Assembly: GCF_006345805.1 (NCBI RefSeq)
Contig: NC_042997.1
Coordinates: forward strand, 167,028,001-167,092,000
DNA: 64,000 nucleotides
Reading direction: 5' to 3'
Source of the DNA: Octopus sinensis
Lineage: Eukaryota
Position numbers and translations under genes: made by a program. Shown here one piece after another: positions 37,500-50,170 of this stretch; positions within the stretch are counted from its first letter, which is position 1; every line of letters starts with the position of its first letter. The notes beneath the pieces are model-generated. The model made no database searches, was not told the DNA's origin, and worked only from the letters and a program-made list of their open reading frames with translations.

Positions 37500-38930
37500 G
37501 ATAGAAACTAGCATCATGCTAAACTCGGAAAACTTGTAAAATGATGCATCCTGTTTCACAATATATTTTACAAACACCATTCATAGCCGAAGCTTTCACC
37601 TTATCCCATGACTCTGTTACGTTATCCATACCACCTATAATACTGAAAATTTTTAAGTAGGTCCTTACTGTAAGATTATTTTCCCATAAATTCCTCTTAT
37701 GAGTTGTTTCAAAACTCTTCTCAGGTAAAATGCCTTGAAGCTACCTACCACATATTGATTCATTGGTTGAAACAAAGACGCTTCGTTCTAAAGTGATACA
37801 GAATCGAATCTTACATCACCAGCAGGTTCATTTATGTTCACATGGTATTTTGGTACATAGTTCAAAAGAGGTGATATTTTGTGGCCCATATTATCTGGCA
37901 CTATTTTTCTACAGCAAAGAAAAAAGTTTGTAAACCAGACTTGGAAACGGCTTGCTCGTAGTCAGCATGTCTTCTTATAATGCCAAATTAAAATTATCGC
38001 ACCCATGTCGTGCATATTTAACCTTTCAAATCAGATTTTACAAGCCAGAAAAGATTTTACCCCAGAAGTTGTACTTTCCTCTTTCTGCAAATCATCTCTA
38101 CAACCTTTTGTTTGAATGTCTACTGTGTTTTTTAGGACCATATTATGTCTAGTGAGGTCGTCGATCCACGCATTCAGGATCCTTTTCATATAAAACATAA
38201 TATCAGATCTGTGACAAAAGGATAAAGAAAAACTGGATGGCTTTCCTGGCTTTAGAATGAGACACATTAAAATGTTTCCGAATGTCAGGGTATATCCCCA
38301 CAGTGTGTGAGAGATTGGCACGCAATGTCTGAGTGTCATGGAAGTGTTTTTGTTTGTATGAAACAAATAGAGGTATTTCCGCACTTGACATATGTGTAGA
38401 AAGCCTCATAAAGAGAAAACGGATAGATTTGGAGGATATATGCTAAGGTTTGTAGTTCGAAGATGGATACTAAGCGGCGAAAAGGAGTGGGGAGCTTTCT
38501 ACATGAGGTACTGTTTATAGAACAATCAGTGTTTAGAAGAGAAAAGTAGGACTCCTTGACATCGGTGTAGATTCCTTTGCCAAGTGACGAGAGGAATCAG
38601 CTGCGATTGGAAGCGAAGAAGTTTTGGAGTCGTGTGATTCATGAAGGCATCCTTTATATACTCGATAGGAGGTCTTATGACAGTTGCGCTGATAGATGGA
38701 TGCCACCCAGCTTGGAGGAGCTGATAAATGCTTTCAGGTATTGTAGGCTTTGTCTTTTCCTGAAACAGCTGTAACGTAGCTATATTTAAACCACCTCGTC
38801 CACCTAGGAGACATGACGTTCCTCCTGTGTAGGGTATGCGAAGAGTCATGGCTAAACAGATAGTTCCAGCCATCCTCCTAGCAATTTCTGATGGGTCAGG
38901 AATGAAGTACATGAGCTATCAGGTATTATG
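37500..38930 (-). pseudogene. Very decayed LINE RT region (Jockey/I-like)
   Basis: ILKPGKPSS RT-domain-0-like motif near 38240-38270; remainder is fragmentary. Confidence 0.35.
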
Positions 38931-39599
38931 GGCATAAAACTAGTGGAGCTCTGACTAGTTAAGTGACAAGAAGTGCCGTTGGGTCCGGGAGTAAAGGGGA
39001 ATTATGTAAAATATAATTGAACGTTAAAATGTTTGAACGAGGCAGAGGACGCACGACGCAATATGTGCAGGGAGAGTAAGGGTTTGGAAGAGTTTAGGTA
39101 GTGAGTGAGAACAATGTCTTATTTTAATACTAGTCAATAGGCTAATGTTACCTTTTCCCCACCACATAACCATGAATTAATGAAAGAATGAATGCTGTAC
39201 ACTCGTTCATGCTGTACTTACTGAATAGTAAGTGCTGTGTGTTTGGAGCATTGTATGTTAAGATTATCGAAAACGTGAGAAAAATTAAAAGTTTAGTCAA
39301 TTGAATTGTTGTTTACATAATAAGGCGGGGATGGAGTAGGCGGATTGTATTTGTGAATAAGATTGTTGCAGGCATTGAAAACCAAGGCGTGACAGAAGGA
39401 TACGAAGGATATAAGTCAATAACAAGAAAAAAAGTTATATATGCTTGTTAGACAAAATGAAAAAAAGAAACTGAAATTATTCAACTGGAAAGCTGTAAAC
39501 AACGGAGAGAAATGACAACAGGAGTGGCCAGAAATAATAAAGTATTACACAATATATTTGTATATAAACACAAACACGAATACATGAATGTATGCGTAC

Positions 39600-39636
<37 letters not shown>

Positions 39637-39650
39637 TTTCAGTAAATTGT

Positions 39651-40218
39651 AATATTTTGTAACTTTAAAGCTTATAAGCGATCACCAGTATTGACCAAAG
39701 AAAACAGTCGAATGCTGAAGCATATAAGTTCTCGACAGAAAAAAAAATAGTGGGGTTTCTTGTATACGTGGGATTCGAACTCCCATCTCTATGCTTTCGC
39801 AACAAGTGTGCTACCATTATACGAACGTACCTCATGGCTTCTTTACGGCAGATTTATGAACTATAATTATTGTGTTGTTTTACTAAACAAATATGTGTGC
39901 ACTTTGTGCGATGATTTGGTAAGCGGTGTCGATTTTACAAATCTGTAAAAAACAATATTTCATAAGTTCAAGGTTTATAAGCGACCACCATTTTTATAAA
40001 AACAAGAGTATTAAATAATAGCTCTTAAATCTGACTGAAGGCATCGAGGGTGTACGTTTGTGTAATACTTGTACACTTGTTGCGAAAGCATAGAGGTGTG
40101 GCTTCGAGTCAAGAAAACATTATTTTTTTCCCGTCGAGGGCTTATATGTCCCAGTATTAGACTAATGTCTTCAGTTAATTGACCGTGATCGCTTTTAAGC
40201 TTTAAGTTTTAAAAATAT
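39651..40218. mobile_element. tRNA-containing element with partial tandem and inverted arms
   Basis: Arms 39651-39870 / 40012-40218 are inverted; TTATAAGCGA repeats at 39672 and 39975; tRNA-like A/B boxes at 39762-39830 (minus). Confidence 0.6.
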
Positions 40219-41045
40219 CGCCTTCGAAGTATTCTCCATTGCAGGCAATGCATCGGTCCAAACATGTTTTCCACTGTTGGAAGCAGTGCTAGAACTGTTG
40301 CGAAGGGATTCCTTTTAATGCTTCCGTCGTTTTTTCTTCACCTCGTTCACATTTGCAAATTCCCTTGGACCAGCTTTCGTCACCAGTGACGACCTTCGAA
40401 AAAAGGTTCGGATCAACGTCCAACTCTTCTTTCAGTTCACGAAACGCATTCAGTCGTGACTGCTTTTGATCTTCCATCAACAAGCGAGGTACAAATTTTA
40501 CTGCAACTCATTTCATTCGCAATTTCTTGCTCAAAATTCGTTGGCAAGTGCTCCAAGGCACAACCAGTGATATCAAGTTCGTCACCTGTTCAGTGACGGT
40601 CCTCCAAGATCATTTCATGAATTTTCATGATGTTTTCATTCGTTTGGGAGGTCAACGGTCGCCCTGAACGAGGTTGGTCCTCAAGCAACAAGTGACCATT
40701 CCTAAAGCATAGAAACCACTCGAAAACGTGTTTTGCTCATGGCAGCAACCTTGTAAGTTGTCTGAAATATGACAACTGTTTTGACTGCCGTTTTCTCCAA
40801 CAGAAAATTGAATTTCACAGAAATACGCTGTTCCTGCGTTTCAGCCATCGCAAAAATCTACGAGCAGAGAAGAAGCGCTGCAAAACAAAGACGGACCACG
40901 TGGCAGTATAACCCCATTAGACAACACCGCTCGGCAGACTAATGCCTGAAGGTCGCATTAAATGGCTTCTAGCGGAGGAAGCTTATATTACAACAGGCTT
41001 GTCCCACAGAGGACATTTCCGGTTACTTTTGAGTACTCCCCCGTA
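40219..41045 (-). mobile_element. Internally deleted mariner transposon
   Basis: TIR-like end 41017-41043 plus TA; MAETQEQRISVKF start; VVTGDESW catalytic motif; CFQQWKTCLDRCIACNGEYFEGD C-terminus. Confidence 0.8.
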
Positions 41046-41349
41046 TATAATCAAATCAAACATAAAAATATCAAAGAACAAAACAATAAAAGGGCGTACA
41101 CATGGAATGTATTAGTTTGACGCTAAGTAAAGGTGAAAAAGAGTGAGTTATATATATTCCTTTACATTTTTCAAATTCTGGAGCACTCTTCCAAGAGTCT
41201 TAGTCGAACAAATTGACCCCGGACTTATTTTTGAAGCCTAGTACTTATTCTATCGGCTTCTTTTGTTTATGAGGACATAAACACACCATCAAGCGGTGAT
41301 GGGGACAAACACAGACCCAAAGACACACACACACACACACCACACATAC

Positions 41350-41396
<47 letters not shown>

Positions 41397-41401
41397 ATAT
41401 A

Positions 41402-42975
41402 TAAACTTAGATAAACTTAGATATGTTTCGACCAAAGATTGGTCCAGGCCATGTCTAACTTAATAGCACCACCTGATAGGATTATTCGAATCTTGTTTAA
41501 GTCAAGTTTTGTTCAAGTAGTGAGTTCTTGTTGGGTGAGTTATATCCAATTATGGGTGGTTTATCTGGTATTCTTTGAAGGAATCTATCCAGACTCTGTT
41601 TAAAGTTGATGGGATCCTTTTCCTCTTTGATCTCTCTCGGGACAATGTTAAATAGGGCAGGGCCTGTTGAGGAAAAGAAATTATGTTGCAGTGTACATGT
41701 ATGTTGTGATCTTGAATTGGGCAGGGGACGTATAGCCCGTGGTCCAAGTCTTGGATGAACCTTGAAGCTAATGTTTAGGTCGTTTGGGCAAAGTTGGCGG
41801 TATATTTTCCACATCGTACAAATGATGTACCGCTCACGGCGACGCTGGAGGGAGTAAAGTTTCAAGGCTTTAAGGCGATCCCAATAATCGAGAGCAGCCA
41901 TGCCTTCAATGCGTTTAGTGAGTGCCCTCTGGGGTGACTCAATTCTGGAGATGTTTTGTCTTGTGTGAGGAGACCACAGTGGGCAGCAGTATTCAAGGTG
42001 TGGCCGTACAAAGGAGAAGAAAAGTGGTATGATGACACCTTGTTCTCTGGACCGGAAAGTTCTTAAGATCCAGGAACTCATCCTACGAGCTATATCGACC
42101 TTCTTGTTGATGTGTGCACTCCAACTGAGATCGTCATCAACAATTACACCCAGGTCTCTGATATTGTTAGAGGCTGTGAGCAGGTCCCCTGAAGGAAGAG
42201 AGTATGGCTGTTTTAGTGAGGAGTTTCTTCCAAAATGCATCAGCTCAAATTTTCCCTCGTTCAGTTGCATTTTGTTTCTGTCTGCCCATTGACTCACAGC
42301 ATATAGATCAGACTGGAGTTGAGTTCGGTCTGCTTCTTCATTGACGATTTGCTGGAGCTTGGTGTCATCAGCAAATATTTTCACTTTGCAGTAATGTACG
42401 ACACTGGAAAGGTCGTTTATGTAGATTATGAAGAGTAGCGGACCCAATAGATTATGAAGAGTAGCGGACCCAAGACAGTCCCCTGGGGGACACCGCTGGT
42501 GACTTTTGCTGGGCTTGAGTGGACTCCATCAACTACAACATGTGTTGTATTCGCCAGGAAATACTTGATCCAGTGTAGAACTTTTCCACGGATTCCAACA
42601 TTTGCCAATTTTGAGAGTAGGATATTATGGTCTACCCTGTCGAACGCTTTACTGAAGTCAAGATATATGACATCAGAGTTCGAACCTGTTCCCAAGGCTT
42701 TGAGTACATCTTCAATGTGGTGTAAGAGCTGTGTTAGACAGTCCCTGCCACAGCGAAAGCCATGCTGATTTGCATTTAGGAGTTTCTGGGTCTCCAGGAA
42801 GTCAGCCATCCTTGATCTTAACACTCTTTCAAACACTTTGATGATGTGGGAGGTGAGTGAGATTGGGCGATAGTTGAGTGCGAGGGATCTGTTTCCCTGT
42901 TTGAAAACCGGGATGACTGACTGGGATAGAAACTGTTTTGGTATATAACCTGCATCTAACGAATTTCTCCAGAAA
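41402..42975 (-). mobile_element. 5'-truncated CR1/L2-clade LINE (young)
   Basis: NYRPISLT, NQHGFR, YLDFSKAFDRV, SGVPQGTVLGPLLF, FADD, RDLGV, RPHLEY motifs; 3' stem-loop and short tandem tail TCTAAGTTTA. Confidence 0.92.
41497..42975 (-). pseudogene. LINE reverse transcriptase (ORF2 C-terminal half) broken by a 26-bp duplication
   Basis: ORFs 42426-43058 and 41497-42447; TAGATTATGAAGAGTAGCGGACCCAA in tandem at 42422-47 and 42448-73. Confidence 0.9.
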
Positions 42976-42997
42976 TATATATATATATATATATATA

Positions 42998-43613
42998 TAA
43001 CTAATGTAGGATAAAAATTTTTTCGGGAAAAAAATTTTATCAATGGCCAGTATATCAAAAAATACCTTTAAAGGTTGAATTTATAAAGAATTTACAAAAT
43101 GTGGGCAAAAGAAAAATTCTAATGCCAAATATGCCGAAAAAAAGACAAAATTGTCAATAACCATTATAATTTATGCGTCTCGAAACAAACCGATAGAAAT
43201 TTCTAAAAAATCCGTTATTACCGTATTGGTCCCAATTTCGGGGTTAATTCATGAGAATTTTCCCCTCTTCAGCGATAAATACGTGAGATATAAGTGAAAT
43301 ACTTACTCATACCCATGGAAAAAGCAAGCACTAAGTCCTGGGCAGACTTAAGTACCCCAAATATATCCAAAATAGAAAATCTTCGGCACATCTCGAGACA
43401 CGTGTGATTCGAACTAGAAACTATCACAGAGTGAGAGAATCCGGAAGTGAAGACTATTAAATTTATAACTAATGTAGGATAAAATTTTTTTTTCGGGAAA
43501 AAAAATGTTATCAATGGCCAGCATATCAAAAATTATAATGGTTATTGACAATTTTGTCTTTGTTTCGGCATATTTGGCATTAGAATTTTTCTTTTGCCCT
43601 CATTTTGTAAATT
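42998..43613 (-). mobile_element. ORF-less retrozyme-like element: 468-nt unit, partial tandem, inverted segment
   Basis: TAACTAATGTAGGATAAAA...ATATCAAAA at 42998 and 43466; 43532-43613 is the reverse complement of about 43090-43172; in a TA tract. Confidence 0.8.
43218..43278 (-). ncRNA. Type I hammerhead ribozyme
   Basis: Minus strand: TTATCG-CTGAAGA-GGGG.AAAATTCTCATGAATTAA.CCCC-GAAA-TTGG.GA.CCAA-TA-CGGTAA. Confidence 0.9.
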
Positions 43614-43664
43614 ATGTATATAATATATATATATATATATATAATATATATTATATATATATAC

Positions 43665-43696
<32 letters not shown>

Positions 43697-44127
43697 TACT
43701 ATTAAGGATTCAGTCATCCAAATATCTTGTCCAATCTTCATTTATGTATTGGGAAAGGGGATTTTCGAATTTTGTGAGTGACTCCTGATATACTGTTAGT
43801 TCCAAATAGCATACTCTAGGGTTGCAAGAACGAGGGCTGTATGGTAAAAGATTTACCTCCCCTTATCTAAGAAATATTATATCCACTGATTATCCATTTA
43901 GCGAAAAGACATCACATTCACTTATTATACCCCTTGAGCTCTACTCCCCTGTACAATCACAAAAATGTATCATACCTGCCTCTACCTAAGATTAAATCAA
44001 AAAACTTACTAAGATTTCATAAAACTGAGTCATGTTTAGCGAAACAATGGATTAAATAATCGTTATGTACACGAACAAGGTATCTGTGCTTTTCACCTTA
44101 CATCTAATTTCGTATGTATATATATGT

Positions 44128-44215
<88 letters not shown>

Positions 44216-44327
44216 ATATATATATATATAATTTTATGTGAAATAGAAAGATGAATAATCTTGTTGTAGATTAATCAAAAGTTAACCGATACCTTAGTAG
44301 CAAAAATCACAGCAGTAAACAGCACGG

Positions 44328-45743
44328 TTGGAGGTACAACCATCTGGCGTTGTAACAGACAATTTGGTTAAAAACATCTCTCTAAGATTGTCTGGCTTGT
44401 CCGCCAGTGCCGATATTTTTATGCAGAAAGCGGAATTTTATAACGCCGCACTGTCCAAGGCCGGTTATAGGCAGAAGGTAATTTATATTGATCCGGCCCT
44501 TCCGATGCCATCATTCGGTCATCAGGATAGGGCCGTATATAATAACATTAACATTTTAAGTAAGGACGGGAGCGCGGCGGATGCCGGGGTAGTCGCTCCC
44601 GCATTTAATTTAGCGAACAAGGATAATTATCGGTCCGGGAGGTCTTACACTAACCCAAGACCCGTTATTTATCCGAGAATCACCCACCAGAGTGCGAGAG
44701 CTGGCGTCCCGACCCATCACACTGATAGGAATAAGCATATATGGTTTGTAATCCCCTTTGGTAAGCAGATTAGAACTAACCTCCCCCTCTTGTTTAGACA
44801 AGCCATCGCCAATAACTTCCCCAGAAATTCCAAATATTACTCCACGGTTAACTCACATAAAGTTAGGATAGCTTTCTCCAACACTAAAAACCTCGCCCAG
44901 ATAATCGCCTCCCATAATAATAGGCTACTTACTAAGACCCTATCACCTTTTTCCGGAGGCACAGCCTCTTCCGCTCCCGGTTTGATGCTCAGTAGGAATA
45001 ATTATAGTAGTAATAATGATATGAGAGCCAGTACAGTGACACATAATCTCAGATCCAGCCAGGGAGTACCCACTAGGGGTATAGTTATAAATAGGGGTGT
45101 TGTGGTTGACGGTAACAATGGGAGTAGGGTAGAGAGCCCCAATAGCAACCCCAGCATCATTTCCCGCAATAGCAGCACCACGGGCACTAGCAATGACAGT
45201 ACTCTGATAGATAGTGGAGAATCAGGGGTTATTCCTATAGTTAATAGTGACGTAGTGGAAAATAGAGTAGGAAGCGGCTGCAGGTCTCGGAACGAATATA
45301 GTGACAGGAACGCAGTTCTAATTTCAGAAACTAATCCTAGCAGATTAAGATTTACGTCGGCGAACTCCAAGATCAAAAACGCCGTCTACCAATGCAAGGT
45401 TTACACGGACTCAGATGTCTTCACTTATGTAGGGGCATCATCCTCAAGATTGTCTTTGTGTGTCTCCAATCATTACGCAACTTTTCGGGACGTGATCAAA
45501 CGCCAGACCACGGGACTCAGTAAGCTAATATGGCGACTGAAGGATACGAACTTAAGCTACAGGCTGGAATGGTCAATTTTGTCGGTGGCCCTCCCATTTG
45601 ATAGGGGCAGAAGACAGTGCAACCTTTGTGTCTCCGAACTCTTCCATATTTTGTTTGCCAGAGGCCGGATGGTAAACGGGCTCTTACAGTCGGCTTTTCG
45701 ATGCCCCCATTGGCGGCGTTACACTTATCTGGCTTTTAAATAG
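44328..45743 (+). CDS. PLE protein C-terminal part: RT thumb, low-complexity linker, GIY-YIG endonuclease (5'-truncated)
   Basis: KNISLRLSGLS...YNAALSKAGY, IWFVIPF...IIASHN, AVYQC...YVGAS...H, LSKLIWRLK...WSIL, CNLCVSE...N...CPH. Confidence 0.8.
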   Translation: MEVQPSGVVTDNLVKNISLRLSGLSASADIFMQKAEFYNAALSKAGYRQKVIYIDPALPMPSFGHQDRAVYNNINILSKDGSAADAGVVAPAFNLANKDNYRSGRSYTNPRPVIYPRITHQSARAGVPTHHTDRNKHIWFVIPFGKQIRTNLPLLFRQAIANNFPRNSKYYSTVNSHKVRIAFSNTKNLAQIIASHNNRLLTKTLSPFSGGTASSAPGLMLSRNNYSSNNDMRASTVTHNLRSSQGVPTRGIVINRGVVVDGNNGSRVESPNSNPSIISRNSSTTGTSNDSTLIDSGESGVIPIVNSDVVENRVGSGCRSRNEYSDRNAVLISETNPSRLRFTSANSKIKNAVYQCKVYTDSDVFTYVGASSSRLSLCVSNHYATFRDVIKRQTTGLSKLIWRLKDTNLSYRLEWSILSVALPFDRGRRQCNLCVSELFHILFARGRMVNGLLQSAFRCPHWRRYTYLAFK

Positions 45744-46337
45744 CGTTTATAAATAATACCGGCACCCATAGCCCTTGGTAACAAATTCTGAAATAGCCTT
45801 TAAGATATCTACGATTATCCACTGCAAGGGGAATTACTCCTGTAAGACAAACGGGGCTTGGTTTTTTCACAGCGGGGGGTTTCCTTGACAAGGCAGGCTT
45901 AGATGAACACACACACACATAAAACATAATATATATATATTTTTTTCTTTCTGCCACCCAACGGTTATCACGGCAGTAGCCACTGACAGCCGAACGATCA
46001 AACGCACACACGTACACAAAAAATGTTTTCTACCCCTACGCCAACACACACAATATAGAACAGTATACACACACACACGTCTCTAAGTAGATTTTTTCTC
46101 GCCCCTTATAAAACATCCAATATTCCTTAAATAGTCAGAACTTTATTCTCGGTCACTAAGAACATCTATACACCCTCACCCACATGATTGACCGATGCCT
46201 GACCTGTAGAATTCTTCAGCCACCGGTTCTCAGCATACACTGATAAACAGTTTCGCCATGGGCTCTTAGGAACATAGTTCGATTTGGTTTTTGCTCCGCC
46301 TCTGTTCTGTTTTTGTTTCTCTAACGGATTTCCTTTT

Positions 46338-46424
46338 TTCTTCCTGAAGAGAAAGACACAATATGGTCCCATTATTCAATCGGATTTTGGTAATTTGTGC
46401 CTTTCGAAACACGTGTAGAATGAA
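46338..46424 (+). ncRNA. Type I hammerhead ribozyme in PLE 3' region
   Basis: TTC-CTGAAGA(46344-50)-GAAAG...CTTTC-GAAA(46406-09)-CACGTG-TA-GAA; long stem II insert; palindromic stem III. Confidence 0.85.
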
Positions 46425-46478
46425 ATAAAACGATTTCTGTTCAATCTGCGTTCAGCTCCATTTCTTCAATTCACCAAT

Positions 46479-46519
<41 letters not shown>

Positions 46520-46520
<1 letters not shown>

Positions 46521-46971
46521 TCTTTTATTTCTTTCGGTCATTTTGAATGCGGTCATGCTGGAGTACCGCATTTAGTTGAAGAAATCGACCCCCGGACTTA
46601 TTCTTTGTAAGCCTAGTACATATTCTATCTGTCCGTTTTGCTGAACCGCTATTACATCAACATCGGTTGTCAAGCGATGGTGATGGTTAAACACAGGCAC
46701 ACAAACATATAAAACACACACACACACATACATACATCTTTTACTCTTTTACTCTTTTACTCTTTTAATTGTTTCAGTCATTTGACTGCGGCCATGCTGG
46801 AGCACCGCCTTTTAATCGAGCAACTCGACCCCGGGACTATTCTTTTTGTAAGCCCAGTACTTATTCTATCGGTCTCTTTTGTCGAACCGCTAAGTAACGG
46901 GGACACAAACATACCAGCATCGGTTGTCAAGCAATGCTAGGTGGACAAACACAGGCACACAAACACACACA

Positions 46972-47025
<54 letters not shown>

Positions 47026-47183
47026 CGGGCTTATTTCAGTTTCCGTCTACCAAATCCACTCACAAGGCTTTGGTCAGCCGAAGGCTATAGTAGCAGAGAC
47101 TTGCCCAAGGTGCCACGCAGTGGATCTGAACCCGGAACCATGTGGTTGGTAAGCAAGCTACTTACCACACAGCCACTCCTGCG

Positions 47184-47231
<48 letters not shown>

Positions 47232-47363
47232 ACGGGCTACTTTCAGTTTCCGTCTACCAAATCCCCACACAAGCATTTCGTCGGTCCGAGGTTATAGTAG
47301 AAGACACTTGCCCAAGGTGGCATGCAGTGAGACTGAACCCGGAAGCACACAGCACTCCTGCGC

Positions 47364-47365
<2 letters not shown>
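46520..47365 (-). mobile_element. Cluster of SINE family B copies (tail fragment, full copy 46740-47186, head fragment)
   Basis: Reverse complement of the 29320 family; another head at 47895-48058. Confidence 0.8.
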
Positions 47366-47453
<88 letters not shown>

Positions 47454-47467
47454 ATATATATATATAA

Positions 47468-47727
47468 TAATCAAATAGCAACAACAAGAATATCTTCGGT
47501 AATATTGTACGATCGTTTCACGCTACATCATTTTATTAAATATTGTAAGTATTACTACAGTTTTAAAATGTTGAGCAATCATCAGACATTCATAGAGGTT
47601 TTCCATTAATGCATAATTTTCATATTAATTGATAACATTATAGAGAAGGCAGATATATAGGCAAAGATGCCGATGTGTGAATTTTAAGAACATAAGGTAG
47701 TAGAGTTTATCTCCTGACTGAAGAATA
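47468..47727 (-). mobile_element. HHR-bearing insert, family D (long stem II)
   Basis: Minus strand: CTGATGA-TTGC...~55 nt hairpin...GCGT-GAAA-CGATCG-TA at about 47502-47585; TA flanks. Confidence 0.65.
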
Positions 47728-47746
47728 TATATATATATACATATAC

Positions 47747-47779
<33 letters not shown>

Positions 47780-48093
47780 ATAATATATATATATAATATA
47801 TCCATTATATATACATAAAATATATATATATAATATATCCATTATATATACATAAAATATATATATATATATATATGTGTGTGTTTGTTTATGTACGACG
47901 TGCTTCTTCAGTTTCCATCTACCAAGTATACTCACAAGGCTCTGGTCGGCCCGAGCTTATAGTAGAAAACACTTCCCCAAGGTGTCACGTAGTGGGACTG
48001 GACCCGGTACCATATAGTTGGGAAGCAAGCTGCTTACCATAGAGCCACGCCTGTGCCTATACATACATACATACATACATACACATACATACA

Positions 48094-48173
<80 letters not shown>

Positions 48174-48306
48174 GACTGAAAACAGAGACAGTGTTGACTG
48201 AACGTGCCTCTTGTAAATAAAAGCTTAGGCGTTTATAAAATATACGTTTCTCGTATACAACCACAATATGTAGGTACATGTGTGTATATGTACGTATATG
48301 TATGTA

Positions 48307-49164
48307 TTGGGTCATCCCCTAAATAAAGCGGTCTTTTTTATACTTCTTTTATTTTTCAAAATTACGATAAGCGAAGTTCTATTCTAATCTAAAATTTTCT
48401 CTCCTTTATTTTCTACAATGCTCTTGCATCTATCTGGTAGACTTGCAAGGCCCTTCTTCCAAACTTCACTTGTCCACGACGAAAAATACTCCTCCAGTAC
48501 TTTTCTGATCTCATATACAGAGTTCATAGTTTTTCTTTACAAATAATTTTGAAGACTTCGGAATAAATGATAATCAGATGGGGCAATGTCCGGCGATTAT
48601 GGTGAGCCCGGCATCGTTTCCCATTCAAAATGCTCCAGCCTTTGGAATGTTATCGTCGCTGTATATAGCAGAGCATTATCCTGATGGAAGGACATCTTTC
48701 GTCTTGAAACCAACGATGGTCGTTCTCCGATGACCAAATCCAAGCTTCTCTGCTAGTTCCTCGACAGTTACAGGTTTGCAGGACATCCTCGTCGAGCTCT
48801 ACAGATCTTCTAGGACGAGGCTCGTCTTCTAGGCTGTGGTGTCCGGCTCGGAATTTCTGGAACCGCCGTTGACACTGGCTTATGCTTATTGTCCGATCCC
48901 CATATACTGCATTAATATTCCTCGCACTTTCCGTTGCGTTGTTGCCTTTATTGAACTCATAAAGTAAAATATACCGAACATGTTCCTTTGTCACTTCCAT
49001 TATAGCTTTGAAAAAATATAAAATCGAACTGCAATCTTCAAAACTTGCATTAAGAATAAGAACAAGGTAAAATTACTGCAGTTGATACAGGTAGTTTATC
49101 CTGTCCCCCTCCGACTTTTAGTTCATGCAACTGAAAAAACCGCTTTATTTATGGGATGACCCAA
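48307..49164 (-). mobile_element. Internally deleted mariner with both TIRs
   Basis: TTGGGTCATCCCCTAAATAAAGCGG / CCGCTTTATTTATGGGATGACCCAA; MEVTKEHVRYILLYEFNKG...LEDEPR transposase N-terminus. Confidence 0.88.
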
Positions 49165-49349
49165 AGCTTACATACATACAAATACACACGCATATACATG
49201 CACGCACATGCTTGTATATATAGTCACTCACAGTCTCACAAACACACCGACACACAGACACACACATATATACATACCATATATATATGTTTTTATTATA
49301 TTATATATATATATTATATATATAGAGATGAGAGAAGAGAGAGAGAGAG

Positions 49350-49426
<77 letters not shown>

Positions 49427-50011
49427 CAAAATTTAGTTAGACAGACTGGCATGCAGGCAGACAAATAGATTGATAGATAGATAAGGGTGTATGCTTCAAC
49501 AACTAGTGAGTCAAAGAGTCACGAAATGTATTAAGAAAACTGGAAATTTGAAACTGGGAAAGACATTGAGTGAATGCGGAACATCAGAGAATGAATAATT
49601 TAGAACTGTATACTGCAGAAAATACGGCTAGCGAAATACAACGCAACTTCATTTCACTGAAATGTCTTTGAAATTTTATACTTTGAAAAAAAAAAAAGAA
49701 AATAGTAATCAAAATTTGACAGTTGAAATATTCAGGTATTAAATTCACTTGTTGAATTTTGATATACTCGCGGCGTTAATTCAATTACATTTTCAACCTT
49801 GAACTATATTACTCTAGATATAATGAAATAAGTAAGAGTAATGCTATGTCAGTATGGAGGTAAAATACCATAGTGGATAAGTTAGTTAATCGACTGGTTG
49901 GTCTTGGATCGAATCTTCTGCCGACAATTTAGTTCGTTGCCTCTTTTTTAATGCATGTCAGATAATTGATTACGTCTGATATTATTTTTTGTTTTCTGAA
50001 AAAAAAAAAAA

Positions 50012-50170
50012 AGACCGGATTCAACGTATAGGTGTGATCTGTGCAAACGGGACTGCCACTCGCATCGGTCTCTACAGCCACAGGAGGCGTTGCAAAAACT
50101 GAACAGACAACTCAACAGACGGATGACATCATCCATGGTCAGCCATGATCGACGGAGGCCCTAGCTAGCT
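50012..50170 (+). mobile_element. RTE LINE 3' end
   Basis: YRCDLCKRDCHS...YSHRRRC Zn-finger C-terminus and CCATGGTC...GACGGAGGCC 3' hairpin. Confidence 0.7.

Larger units (their letters stand above)
44232..46487 (+). mobile_element. 5'-truncated Penelope-like element (Naiad-like) in (TA)n
   Basis: RT thumb plus GIY-YIG ORF, long 3'UTR with HHR, TA flanks. Confidence 0.85.

Noticed and set aside
41402-41452. GACCAA-TCT-TTGGTC-GAAAC on the minus strand, resembling a half hammerhead
   Set aside because: No CTGANGA; this is the LINE 3' recognition stem-loop.
45002-45376. Antisense hydrophobic 124-aa ORF
   Set aside because: Shadow of the S/N-rich PLE linker.
45743-46340. SECIS element (some Naiad PLEs encode selenoproteins)
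   Set aside because: No in-frame TGA in the visible ORF and no convincing SECIS fold by eye.
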